Source: a virus. From it: DNA of 64,000 bases. Where the stretch lies: the IMG/VR virus record IMGVR_UViG_3300013115_000353, positions 21,456 through 85,455 of that record; one strand, given 5' to 3'. The notes below the pieces were generated by a model. The model saw nothing but the letters and a program-made list of their open reading frames with translations. It was not told the origin of the DNA and made no database searches. A program made the position numbers and the translations under genes. Positions 33,950 to 43,659 of the stretch are shown piece by piece (positions within the stretch are counted from its first letter, which is position 1; each line of letters opens with the position of its first letter).

Positions 33950-34792
33950 TTAACTTGCTCTCTTTTTTTTTATCATTTCTAAACGTTCACGTGCAATATC
34001 ACAATAGTCTTGGGAAATATCAATCCCAACATAGTTTCTCTCATTCATAGCTGCCATCTTTGTAGTCGTTCCAGAGCCATTAAAAGGATCCAGAACCACA
34101 TCCCCTGGTTCAGTCCAGGTTAAGATATGATCAGCTGCTAGCTGTTCCGGAAAGATGGCTGGGTGACCAAATGCAATCTTGTCCTTCGTAGAATAGTTCT
34201 TCCCGGTGTTGTACTTCCAAATATTATTACGTGGAGAAAATTCCGGGATGGGCTTGATATTCCGCTCAATCAATTCGCCCTTCTTGTTACGAATGCTGCC
34301 CTTTCCAAAGTGGGTGTAACCTGCCCATCTGTTAGGTTTATCACAAATCAGATTTGCAGTCTTAGGCTTCGCGCCGTTACTGAATACAAACATATATTCA
34401 AAGAGTTGAGAGTAACGATTGCCGTCGCGACGAGCAGGGAAAGAACTTCCATTCTTTTCATAAATCATCGTGTCATGCAGCTTGAAACCCTTCTCCATGA
34501 AGTATAAAGCCTGTCGAAAAGAGGAGCCAGTTTCGCCACCTTTCATGACAGCATCCCCCACTACCCATACGACTACACCACCTTTCTTTACAACTCTGGC
34601 TAGCTCGCCAGCAATCTGTTCAAAAGGAAACGAATATCCGTTGTACTCTTCCTTCATATCATCAATTAAATCTTGATACGCTCTCAGATTATCATAAGGG
34701 GGCGATGTTACCACCATGTCCACTGAGTTGTCTGGTAGTCCTTTAAGCACTTCAATGCTGTCTCCACAGATGATTTGATTAAGCTGCTTCAA
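33950..34792 (-). CDS. Beta-class N4-cytosine/N6-adenine DNA methyltransferase
   Basis: VTSPPY motif IV first, then HPAIFP and VLDPFNGSGTT motif I. Confidence 0.92.
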   Translation of the reverse strand: MKQLNQIICGDSIEVLKGLPDNSVDMVVTSPPYDNLRAYQDLIDDMKEEYNGYSFPFEQIAGELARVVKKGGVVVWVVGDAVMKGGETGSSFRQALYFMEKGFKLHDTMIYEKNGSSFPARRDGNRYSQLFEYMFVFSNGAKPKTANLICDKPNRWAGYTHFGKGSIRNKKGELIERNIKPIPEFSPRNNIWKYNTGKNYSTKDKIAFGHPAIFPEQLAADHILTWTEPGDVVLDPFNGSGTTTKMAAMNERNYVGIDISQDYCDIARERLEMIKKKRAS

Positions 34793-35480
34793 TTTCTACT
34801 CCTCGGTATTGTGCGATGTCTTCTCTGAGACATTTACACCACTTCGTCTTTGGGTATACAGAGCCGAGAGAGATGGACTTGCGGTATTCATCAACAAAGT
34901 TGACGTGTATCTTGCCCGTGGTGCTGCTGTTGTTGTCTGTTGCCTCTCCGTTCCAAGCAACGGCACAGTTGTCCAATACTGAGAAATGGACTGCCTTGAT
35001 AACGTTGGCGAAGGAGAAGGTGTTCTTTGGGATGGGAAGTTCGTAATCAAGCTCGTAGCTGACTAAGACATAGCTTTCTGCCTTTCCTTTTCCCTTGGAA
35101 TGAGTTGAACCCGTCCAGCCGTCAGCGCTCTGGGTGGTTTTCACCTCAAATGGGATAATGCCGTCGTCTGACGTTATTACACGGAAGTCGTGTCCTGGTG
35201 CGTCACCTTCTTCTTTGCCGAGAACGGCAATGCCGAAGTCTTTACAGGCTCTGACGAGTGCGAACTCAAAGTCATAGGCAAAACGAACACTTACTGCTGA
35301 TGTCTGCTGACGCTTTCGCTCTTCGATGGCTTCTGCCCAGTCACGGATGGTGACGATGCTGTCGTCCATTAGGGCGGCAGGTGCGAAGTGTGCTGCTGCG
35401 GTTCTCTCGACGAGGTTGATGACGTGGAGTGCGAACTCCTTGCTTCTCAAAATTTCAAGTGATTCTTTAAGACTTTTCAT
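34779..35480 (-). CDS. Putative PD-(D/E)XK endonuclease (candidate restriction enzyme)
   Basis: PGHDF...FEVKTT motif; immediately upstream of two methyltransferases. Confidence 0.5.
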   Translation of the reverse strand: MKSLKESLEILRSKEFALHVINLVERTAAAHFAPAALMDDSIVTIRDWAEAIEERKRQQTSAVSVRFAYDFEFALVRACKDFGIAVLGKEEGDAPGHDFRVITSDDGIIPFEVKTTQSADGWTGSTHSKGKGKAESYVLVSYELDYELPIPKNTFSFANVIKAVHFSVLDNCAVAWNGEATDNNSSTTGKIHVNFVDEYRKSISLGSVYPKTKWCKCLREDIAQYRGVEIEAA

Positions 35481-35937
35481 CTGTGCTCCCTAGTGCTCCT
35501 GCGCCTCTGGCGCTCATTGTAATTGGATATTCATATAATTCGCCATCTCTTCGCCTGATGGCTCTAAAGTGGACCACAGGCACCATCACAACTTGTGCGA
35601 TCTTTGTGCCTGCTTCGATAGTTTGTGTCGTGTTTCCTACATTATGAAGATTGATAAACACCTCTCCATCATAACCTGAATCAACAACACACGCCCCCAC
35701 CAGCAAGCTACGCTTAGCTGCTACGCTAGAACGATTCTTTACTTCCAACATATAACCATGCGGGACTCCGAATCGTAAACCAGTAGAGAGAATCTTACTC
35801 TGTCCTGGGGCAATAGACACTGCCTTGTGTAAGTCGCCGGGCGGGGGTGAGTACCGCACGTCCAACCCGGCATCCGATGGATTGGCGCGGGCTGGTTCGT
35901 TAGCGGTTGGGTGGACTAATGCGTATTCAAGCAGCAT
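35467..35937 (-). CDS. dut: dUTPase
   Basis: AGLD, RSS, VVDSGYDGE, IAQ, RGAGALGST motifs. Confidence 0.93.
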   Translation of the reverse strand: MLLEYALVHPTANEPARANPSDAGLDVRYSPPPGDLHKAVSIAPGQSKILSTGLRFGVPHGYMLEVKNRSSVAAKRSLLVGACVVDSGYDGEVFINLHNVGNTTQTIEAGTKIAQVVMVPVVHFRAIRRRDGELYEYPITMSARGAGALGSTDEKS

Positions 35938-36190
35938 TGGTGTTCCTCTTCTTATTCAGAATAAGATTGTAAGCATCATAGAATTCATCGACGTTCAATT
36001 CGCTCTTCATAAAACGATATGCCTTTACGGCAGTGCGAATCTCATCGGTGGACAACCACCCGTTGTCACGAAACTCCTTGCGAAGTTCCCTCTTCTGCTC
36101 CTTGTATGGTTCCATCGCTTCTTCGATGGCGTTTAATGATCGAACATATTCCAAAATATAACGATCCTTGTCTGTGTTGTTTGTGGCCAT
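35927..36190 (-). CDS. Small coiled-coil protein (possibly dsDNA-binding)
   Basis: Start moved to ATG 36190 after GGAGG and a promoter. Confidence 0.65.
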   Translation of the reverse strand: MATNNTDKDRYILEYVRSLNAIEEAMEPYKEQKRELRKEFRDNGWLSTDEIRTAVKAYRFMKSELNVDEFYDAYNLILNKKRNTNAA

Positions 36191-36212
36191 ATATGCCTCC
36201 TTTTGTATTATT

Positions 36213-36241
36213 AATATATCAGACTGAAGCGCCTGTGTCAA
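36213..36241 (-). promoter_or_regulatory. Sigma70-type promoter
   Basis: TTGACA, 17 bp, TATATT. Confidence 0.7.
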
Positions 36242-36260
36242 GCTTTTTGTGAGGTTTTAT

Positions 36261-36953
36261 TTAAATTAACACTAATCCAAAAAGCTGATTCATAAAGCTT
36301 TTAATTACTTGATCTTTTTCATTGTCCGTCTCACACTCACCGAACAAATAATTGAACGTTCTCTTTTCATGGGCTACCTCTTGATAGAGTTTTTCGCTTT
36401 CCATCTTCATCCATCTTATTTGTTGTGCATAGTTCTTGGGGGTAGCAATATTATATCTGTCGGCATATTCCAACAGTACAAAATATTGTCTTTTCTCAAA
36501 TGCGGCATTAATCTTTTTAAAAGATCCTATCTTCTCATAATATTCTTTATGCGGGAGAGAGGCATCTATCTTATCGGGATGCAAGATCATTGCCAGTTTC
36601 TTATACAGCTTGGTAAACGCTTCACGAACTTCTAAATCATCCTGCGTACTTTGATATTCATTATCTAAGTTATCGTCGGTGTCCATGTAAATCGATAAAG
36701 AGCCCGTAACATCGGGAGGGGGCGCTTCAAAGGAAGATACATCTTTGACATTATAAACATCTTTGATTCTTTCACGATGTTCTTTATTGAGTTTTTTCAC
36801 ATCAATATCGTTCTTTGCACAATATTGGTGGTAATATATTTCAAAATCTGGGGCAGTCTCCTGATTTACTTCCTTAACCAGCTTAAGCTCCTCATGCAAA
36901 TATTTAAGAGTATGAATACTCCTCTTCCATTTAAGTTTATGCGCAACGCCCAC
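36261..36953 (-). CDS. J-domain (DnaJ-like) protein
   Basis: LYKKLAMILHPDK...FKKINAAFE. Confidence 0.75.
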   Translation of the reverse strand: MGVAHKLKWKRSIHTLKYLHEELKLVKEVNQETAPDFEIYYHQYCAKNDIDVKKLNKEHRERIKDVYNVKDVSSFEAPPPDVTGSLSIYMDTDDNLDNEYQSTQDDLEVREAFTKLYKKLAMILHPDKIDASLPHKEYYEKIGSFKKINAAFEKRQYFVLLEYADRYNIATPKNYAQQIRWMKMESEKLYQEVAHEKRTFNYLFGECETDNEKDQVIKSFMNQLFGLVLI

Positions 36954-36966
36954 ATTTTATTCCTCG

Positions 36967-37572
36967 TTATTTGAATTTAAATTCAACTTTTACGTTAATA
37001 TTTAGAGTAGGAACGTGTAAATGATTAACTAAATTATGACGCCTGCATTCGTGGGGCGCAAGATACCAGTCGGCATGCCCCCTCTGATGTATAATATCTA
37101 AAAAATGTTCTTCGGGCTTTCCGCAATTTTCTGCCATCATCAAAAAGATCTTTTTATTCAATCTTTCCGTTTCGGCGGCGTCTGATTTGATCTCTTCTAC
37201 TTTTCCGCCTACCATCGAACTAACATCGTGAATCATTACAGTGGCATCAGCATCCATATATCTTTTACCTTCGGCGCCAAAGCTTGCCAATACTGCGCCA
37301 CATGACATTGCTTTGCCTTGAATAATGGTGGCTACGGGGATTTTAGAATGTTTAATATCAGATATCATTGACATTAATGAATATACCTGCCCCCCATAAC
37401 TATCAATTATAATGGGTATAATTGGTTGTCCGGTATTCTGTGCCTTGCACATCTGTTTCGCAAACTCATTGGCGCTGCTTTCATCAAATTTTCTGACACG
37501 AATCACCACTGGCAAGTCTTCCACCAGTTCTTGATCTTTTATCAGTGGACTAAAGTATTTAATTATATTCAT
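36967..37572 (-). CDS. clpP: ClpP-family protease (second copy)
   Basis: IDSYGG, GKAMSCG (Ser), VMIH (His), ADWYL (Asp). Confidence 0.88.
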   Translation of the reverse strand: MNIIKYFSPLIKDQELVEDLPVVIRVRKFDESSANEFAKQMCKAQNTGQPIIPIIIDSYGGQVYSLMSMISDIKHSKIPVATIIQGKAMSCGAVLASFGAEGKRYMDADATVMIHDVSSMVGGKVEEIKSDAAETERLNKKIFLMMAENCGKPEEHFLDIIHQRGHADWYLAPHECRRHNLVNHLHVPTLNINVKVEFKFK

Positions 37573-37597
37573 TGCGTGTCCCTCCTTAAATAATTAG

Positions 37598-40500
37598 TCA
37601 ACTCAATCTCTTAAATGTTTTCCCAATAGCGTAAGTTGAGAAGCCCCACTGTTCATCATATTTCAGCTTTGCCATATATGGTTTATTAAGCAAGATCCTA
37701 TCTTTCTCGGGCTTGATTCCCCAGCATCGAATTCTTGTCTGTTCGTTGTTGCTATCGATAACTTCAACAATCCAATAATCTTTACCGTTCTTAGTCTTCT
37801 TCGGAACAATCTTGCGGGGAATAAACCAACACACATTCAATAAACTATCGAATTCTGAAATCGGTGGAATATATTTGTCGCTCAATTTCTTCAGCATTTT
37901 GTCGTCTACCACCAGATTCAAGGGAAAAACTCCCGTAAGATCGGTTCTAAACTGAATAATTTCTTCCTCTGTGAAGTGTCCTTCCGGACGATAAAGTTCG
38001 ATATTATCTGCGAGCTTCTTTGTTGTCTTTGGCCGTTCCACAATACAGGCAGACCAAAAGTGTTTCATGCCCGTAAATCTGTCATCAATTAAACCCTCCA
38101 ACGCTCCTCCTCGACAAAGAGCATCCAACGATTTCTTGTTCAGTTTGCTGTATTTAACGCCTTCTTTGAACAAGAGATCCTCTGCGTTCTCAAATGGACG
38201 GTTGTTTAAAATCTGATCAATAGCTGACATCCCCAAGCCTTTGATAGAGGTAAGCGGTTGAATCAATGTCTTTCCATCAGCGCTAATCTCCCAGATAACA
38301 CCCGACTTATTGATGTCGAGCGGTTCGATCTCATACCCATACTTCTTCGCAACGTTAATTGCTTTTTCTTTTCTACTCTCTGGTTCTTTGTCCAAGAACG
38401 CAGCTAGCCACTCTACGGGATAATATGCAAATAGGAAAGCGCACTGATAAGACAACACACTATAGGAAACAGCATGAGACTTATTAAAACCGTAGCCTGA
38501 AAAGTATTCAAAGTTATTCCATAGAGTTTGCGCGCTATCCTTGCTAATTCCTTTTTCTTCGCATCCTGCGATGAACTTGTTATAAATCTTTCTCTTTGCT
38601 GCATTTCCTTTACCTGTTCCTTTCTTTGTTAAAAGCTTGCGTAGTTTATTTCCCTCGTCCAAAGACAGATCCTTGCCCAACGTGTGGGCAATCTTGGCGA
38701 TCTGTTCTTGGAAGATCAGGAAACCATATGTTTCCTCCGTAATCTCCCGTACCTCATCTGTAAGATAAGAGATACGATGTGGATGCTCTCGTGCCTCCAT
38801 AAAGTCATCGTGCACATTGGCAGCTAGTGGCCCTGGACGGAAGATGGAAGTAACAGCGGAGATATCAATAATGTTTCTCGGCTTCACTCTCTTACAGAAC
38901 TTCTGCGATCCTGGCTCTGTGAACTGAAAGATTCCAGCCCACTTGCCTGCGTGGAAAATGTCTTCATACACCTTCTGATCATCCAAGTCAATAACATCTG
39001 GATGGAGGTGATTATTATAATACGCCTTCACATCTTCAAACGTGGGCTCTGCGATGTCATGATGACGCTTCAAGATGTGACGAATACACTCCTCAATCAT
39101 CTTAAGCGTGGAGAGTCCCAAGATATCGAACTTAATGAACCCCATAGGCTCCAAGTGTCGAACGTTCTGCCCTTCGCTCCAAGGCGTCTGTCTCACGCCA
39201 CCAGAGTTAATCAGCGGCATGTAACGGTCTAGATTCTCCGCGACCACCACACCCCCAGCATGACGGGAGCAAGAGCGCACCTGTCCCACCAATGCTTCAA
39301 CGTGAGTCTTGATGTTCGGATATGTTCTCAAAAATTCCTGAAGGGATGAACTAAACTCCATAACCTCTTCCCACGTCGGAGCGTATACTCCGGACTTAAT
39401 ACCATGGCGACGTTTGGCTTCGGGTGTTGCCTCGTAGATCATCTTACCTGTTACGTTATTAACTTCGGTGTATGGAATACCATACAACTTGGAGATATCC
39501 TTAATGAGCGAGCGCAACTGCAGCGTGTTCCAATTCGAGATAGGAGCAACAGTATCTTCTCCCCACTCCTCAATCAGTGCCTCCTTCAGAGCCATCGGAT
39601 CCGCTACATCATAGTCGATATCCGGATAATCCGTTGCGTCTGCTCGTAAGAAACGAGAGAACAGCAGTCCATATTTAATAGGATCGATCTGAGTAATGTT
39701 CAGCGCATACGCCACCAATGAGCCTGCAGCTGATCCTCGTCCTGGGCTCGTGAGCATCGTGCCCAACGCACGATCAGAGATCGCCTTCATGGTAAGGAAG
39801 TACTTAGAAAACCCGCGATCATCGATGACCTTGAGTTCGTGCTTAAGGCGGTTGAGATATTCGTTATTATAAATGAATCCCAACTCCTTTAATCCGTCCA
39901 TCGAAAGCTTTACCAACGCGTTGGTGGCTGTCATGCCAGCTGGCACAACAAAATCCGGCAATCGAACTGTATTATCTGGAAGAAACGCTTCAATCCGATC
40001 ATGGGCAATTCGATGAGTTTCGGTAATTGAATTTAAAACTAACTCGTCATCGTAATCATAGTCCTTAGAATACTCCTTGTATGACTCCCACATCTGATCG
40101 CCGTTCTTAGGATACAGTTCGTATCCAATCTCCTCTACGCCGGCAGGAAGCTCATTTCCATCTGCCCAGTCTGGCGTACCCTTACCAAGCCAACCAAGAC
40201 GCTTGTAAAGCTCGCGATCCTTCCAAGCGTCAGGGTTGGGGTAATGGCTATCGGCTGTCGAAATCAGTCCAATGCCAAACTCTTGTGCAGTCTGAATAAT
40301 ATATTGATTCAGTTGATGTTGTTCCTTAATGTTGTTCCATTGAAGCTCTGCGTACCAGCGATCTCCAAAGATGTCTACCATGCGCTTACTTGTGTCGCGC
40401 ATTGCAGCTAGCACGGCTTCGTCGCCCTCTTCTCGGTTCTCCCAGAAGTTGCCGGCATACACACCACCCAGACAAGCAGATGCAGCAATGATGCCTTCTC

Positions 40501-41014
40501 CATACTTCTCCAACAATGCGTAATCCACGCGAGGGTACCGATAAAAATTCTCGGCTTTATAACTCTCGGAGATCAATTTAAAGAGGTTATTTAAGCCCGT
40601 CTGGTTCATCGCTAACAGGACTAAATGTCTACGCCTACGTAGGATGTCCTGTGTCTTTTTGCTGGCGCCCTCGTCCTCTACAGTGGCGCCTGACGCCTTG
40701 TCTGCTTTAAGACTTCGGGCTTTCTTCTTATCTTCCATGGCATTGGTGTACTCTTCTTTCCACTCTGCGATGGAAGGGATAAAATACGCCTCACAACCAA
40801 AGATAGGTTTGAAGTCTTTACCTTCCGCCTGCATCTTCTTGGCGTGTAACACCTGATACGCCAGCCCGTTCATGTTCCCATGATCAGTTAGCGCTAAGGC
40901 ATCACTGCCATTCTCATACGCGAAGTCCATATGCGCTTGTGGATACCCAATGGCATCAAAAATTGAACCCGCTACACTATGGGCATGTAGCCCAACAAAT
41001 TTAATATTTTTCAT
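37598..41014 (-). CDS. dnaE: DNA polymerase III alpha subunit (family C)
   Basis: PHP domain LHAHS...ALTDHG, GRGSAAGSLVAY, PDIDYD, HAGGVV, KFDILGL, YGFNKSHA. Confidence 0.97.
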   Translation of the reverse strand: MKNIKFVGLHAHSVAGSIFDAIGYPQAHMDFAYENGSDALALTDHGNMNGLAYQVLHAKKMQAEGKDFKPIFGCEAYFIPSIAEWKEEYTNAMEDKKKARSLKADKASGATVEDEGASKKTQDILRRRRHLVLLAMNQTGLNNLFKLISESYKAENFYRYPRVDYALLEKYGEGIIAASACLGGVYAGNFWENREEGDEAVLAAMRDTSKRMVDIFGDRWYAELQWNNIKEQHQLNQYIIQTAQEFGIGLISTADSHYPNPDAWKDRELYKRLGWLGKGTPDWADGNELPAGVEEIGYELYPKNGDQMWESYKEYSKDYDYDDELVLNSITETHRIAHDRIEAFLPDNTVRLPDFVVPAGMTATNALVKLSMDGLKELGFIYNNEYLNRLKHELKVIDDRGFSKYFLTMKAISDRALGTMLTSPGRGSAAGSLVAYALNITQIDPIKYGLLFSRFLRADATDYPDIDYDVADPMALKEALIEEWGEDTVAPISNWNTLQLRSLIKDISKLYGIPYTEVNNVTGKMIYEATPEAKRRHGIKSGVYAPTWEEVMEFSSSLQEFLRTYPNIKTHVEALVGQVRSCSRHAGGVVVAENLDRYMPLINSGGVRQTPWSEGQNVRHLEPMGFIKFDILGLSTLKMIEECIRHILKRHHDIAEPTFEDVKAYYNNHLHPDVIDLDDQKVYEDIFHAGKWAGIFQFTEPGSQKFCKRVKPRNIIDISAVTSIFRPGPLAANVHDDFMEAREHPHRISYLTDEVREITEETYGFLIFQEQIAKIAHTLGKDLSLDEGNKLRKLLTKKGTGKGNAAKRKIYNKFIAGCEEKGISKDSAQTLWNNFEYFSGYGFNKSHAVSYSVLSYQCAFLFAYYPVEWLAAFLDKEPESRKEKAINVAKKYGYEIEPLDINKSGVIWEISADGKTLIQPLTSIKGLGMSAIDQILNNRPFENAEDLLFKEGVKYSKLNKKSLDALCRGGALEGLIDDRFTGMKHFWSACIVERPKTTKKLADNIELYRPEGHFTEEEIIQFRTDLTGVFPLNLVVDDKMLKKLSDKYIPPISEFDSLLNVCWFIPRKIVPKKTKNGKDYWIVEVIDSNNEQTRIRCWGIKPEKDRILLNKPYMAKLKYDEQWGFSTYAIGKTFKRLS

Positions 41015-41901
41015 TCCTTACCCTCATAAGCTATCTTACTATGTTTGTGTGTCTGTGTCAAGCCTTCTTCTGGCTTTTTTATAATATTTTTTGAACCTAA
41101 AAAGTCGCAGTATTCTCGCCACTTAGAGAGATCATAGAACCACTCCAATTCAAGGCGTGTTGCGTTCTTTTCCCCCACCTCACCGAACACATCTTTAAAA
41201 TCAAAATGCCGTGCTGACCATCGTTCTTCCAACGGTAGTTTCTCTGATGGCATTTCACCTGCCGGGGGGTTAACAAATGTCCTAGTTGTCTTTTTGTTTA
41301 CTGCAGTGCGGCAGGCTTTAAAATCATCTCCAAACATGGTGAAAGCAAGCGGCAAGTTGTCTTTTGCTGTCTTGCCATCGTGTGTTAGGAAAAAGTTTTC
41401 TTTCATACTGGAGATTTGGATCCTGTGCTCTCTCAAGTTATAAATGTCATACGCGGACATAGGGAAAGTAATATAATACTTATCAGGCAACAGCCACTTA
41501 GATATTTTATATGCCACCTTCCAAGCAGCAAGAATACCATATAATGCCCCCCACCCATACGAGTCGCGTCTATCACGATCCTTCGGATGGACAGGTACAT
41601 AATAAATAGGAATCTCTTTTCTCACACCTTGATAAAATTGAGTAAATTTTCGAGAATAATATACAGGATCATATACCCACTCTCCCACCCTCTTTCTGAC
41701 GATGGGCGCCAAATCATCGTTGGCAACAATCCAGATGGTTTGACATCCAGCGATGGCGCACTCGAATACTGCCTTTTGGATAGCTGTGTAGCCAGCATCC
41801 ACAGGCATCATGACGGCAGGAACATCCATATCGAAATCTGTCTTAAGGTTTGCCACTGGGATAATACCTGCCAAATGAGAATGGCGCGGAATAGTCGTCA
41901 A
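41011..41901 (-). CDS. Sugar-nucleotidyltransferase-like protein (degenerate)
   Basis: LAGIIPVA...MMPV...AIQKAV.EC..AGC.TIWIV resembles the NTP_transferase N-terminus; GxGxR signature missing. Confidence 0.5.
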   Translation of the reverse strand: MTTIPRHSHLAGIIPVANLKTDFDMDVPAVMMPVDAGYTAIQKAVFECAIAGCQTIWIVANDDLAPIVRKRVGEWVYDPVYYSRKFTQFYQGVRKEIPIYYVPVHPKDRDRRDSYGWGALYGILAAWKVAYKISKWLLPDKYYITFPMSAYDIYNLREHRIQISSMKENFFLTHDGKTAKDNLPLAFTMFGDDFKACRTAVNKKTTRTFVNPPAGEMPSEKLPLEERWSARHFDFKDVFGEVGEKNATRLELEWFYDLSKWREYCDFLGSKNIIKKPEEGLTQTHKHSKIAYEGKE

Positions 41902-42776
41902 AAATGCCTCAAAAATCTATCGTAGGCCATACTAGCCGAATGTAGATCTCTGAGTAGATCTTCTTCTTTAAGTTCTGGCATCTCGATAGAATTCTGCCTT
42001 TTCCACGACGGATCTTTCTCTTTGCGCTTTGTCCTTGTGATAGACGTTGTTCTAAATTTATAATATTTTGGTTTGCCATTTGGTCCGTACCCATTAAATA
42101 CTCCTTTCATACCTCGGGTTTCCATTTCGGAAATTAGTTTAAATCGCGCCATTGTTTCGGAAAAATCAAAATCGAGCAAATCTTCTTCCTTGATTCTCGA
42201 AACGACGCATGCATCCTTTACCGGGGTGTCTCCATCAATTCTGTCCGAAGGATAGAACCACACCTCGTTAACGAAGGGGTCTTCTAATTTGATGTAATCA
42301 ATGTCATGCTTCCCTCCTCGATTGAATGCTATCCAATCATAACATATATAATCTTGTTTCGCAAGTGTTTTTTCTTTCATTCCTGAACAATTTTGATCTC
42401 CGAAAAAATAGCAAGTTTCAAAATTTATTTGGGCAATTTTTGAGTACTCGTTTGAACATATAACTTTATTCTCGTGCAGTCTCATGCTTTTACATAAATT
42501 AGAAAAAGGAACTTTTCCATCGAGTGACAAGAAGAAAAGAAGACGTTCCCACAACTTTTCCTTGGGTATCCCAAAAGTCAAAATCTCGCCAAATGCTTGG
42601 AAAAAATTTTCAGCGTTTTCGAGTTTTAGAAAAGAAAAATCTAAATCAGGCTGGAAGTGATCAAATCTAAAGGGACGTTCTTCGTGGGAAAAAATCAAGG
42701 GCGCACGATTGTTAAAAGCAAAGAGTACTGCCCGTAAACTACTCCCAATAACTATTTTATCATATTCAAATATCAT
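41898..42776 (-). CDS. Hypothetical protein with a Rossmann/FAD-binding-like N-terminus
   Basis: YDKIVIGSSLRAVLFA resembles YD.IVIGxG.AG. Confidence 0.55.
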   Translation of the reverse strand: MIFEYDKIVIGSSLRAVLFAFNNRAPLIFSHEERPFRFDHFQPDLDFSFLKLENAENFFQAFGEILTFGIPKEKLWERLLFFLSLDGKVPFSNLCKSMRLHENKVICSNEYSKIAQINFETCYFFGDQNCSGMKEKTLAKQDYICYDWIAFNRGGKHDIDYIKLEDPFVNEVWFYPSDRIDGDTPVKDACVVSRIKEEDLLDFDFSETMARFKLISEMETRGMKGVFNGYGPNGKPKYYKFRTTSITRTKRKEKDPSWKRQNSIEMPELKEEDLLRDLHSASMAYDRFLRHF

Positions 42777-43102
42777 TAGAATGAAATTGATTCACCGCAC
42801 CCGCACGATCTCTGAGCTAAAGGAACATTAAATACTAATCCAGACTTCAGCAACTCTTCTTTGTAGTCGATCTCCATCCCATTCAATAGTATATAAGACT
42901 TCTTGGGGATACAGATCCTAACGTCATCAAATTCAAATATTTTATCGGAATCATTTGGCGCCTCAATAAATTCATAATTATACATAAACCCCGAACACCC
43001 TCCGCTTTGAACACTCACTTTCAAATAATGCTCAGGCGTTTGACGTTTCCTAAGAAGAGAACTCACCTTCTTTTTTGCGGCTTCAGTGATTGTTATAGGC
43101 AT
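42776..43102 (-). CDS. iscA: A-type Fe-S carrier (IscA/HesB family)
   Basis: ITITEAA...SGGCSGFMY...IDY...SCGCGESISF. Confidence 0.9.
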   Translation of the reverse strand: MPITITEAAKKKVSSLLRKRQTPEHYLKVSVQSGGCSGFMYNYEFIEAPNDSDKIFEFDDVRICIPKKSYILLNGMEIDYKEELLKSGLVFNVPLAQRSCGCGESISF

Positions 43103-43107
43103 TTTCT

Positions 43108-43647
43108 TTATATTCCTTTTTTTTCCATACCACCATTACTATACCCACCCTTTTCCCATTGGGGGTGCATGATATGCATACTCTGTGGATAGTGCTTCCA
43201 CCCCAGAGCGTGGCCCAATTCATGTTCCAAAACTCTGGGTCGGTTCACATCTTTTTGTCTAATAAAAATTTTTGATTTCACAATGTGTCCTGTTGTTATG
43301 TTTACCGATGTGCGAGTTACAGCAAGTAAATCTTCAGGCAAATCTTGGGTACCTCCAGTTATTATTATTCCATTTCCATAGTTTACGCCGAAGCATTCTG
43401 GAGAATCGTAATCATAAAGAACATCATGAAATTCATAGCCTACATTTCTCCAATATGCTATAGCTATTTGTACTCTCGTTCGAGAAATATTTAACTCTTT
43501 ACAAATCTTCACAAGGGGAGGAAGTTTCCAGGTACCTGTTTGCCTAGGCTTCCCCACAGCAAACACCTCAGAAGGGTTAATGGCACAATAATGTAAGGGA
43601 TAAGTGGTTGTATTCAAGCATCCCGCAAATAGGAGTATAAACAACAT
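43108..43647 (-). CDS. Zinc metallopeptidase (matrixin/metzincin-like), possible lipoprotein
   Basis: HELGHALGWKH plus Met-turn IMHP; FAGC lipobox-like N-terminus. Confidence 0.8.
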   Translation of the reverse strand: MLFILLFAGCLNTTTYPLHYCAINPSEVFAVGKPRQTGTWKLPPLVKICKELNISRTRVQIAIAYWRNVGYEFHDVLYDYDSPECFGVNYGNGIIITGGTQDLPEDLLAVTRTSVNITTGHIVKSKIFIRQKDVNRPRVLEHELGHALGWKHYPQSMHIMHPQWEKGGYSNGGMEKKGI

Positions 43648-43659
43648 ATTAATACATAG

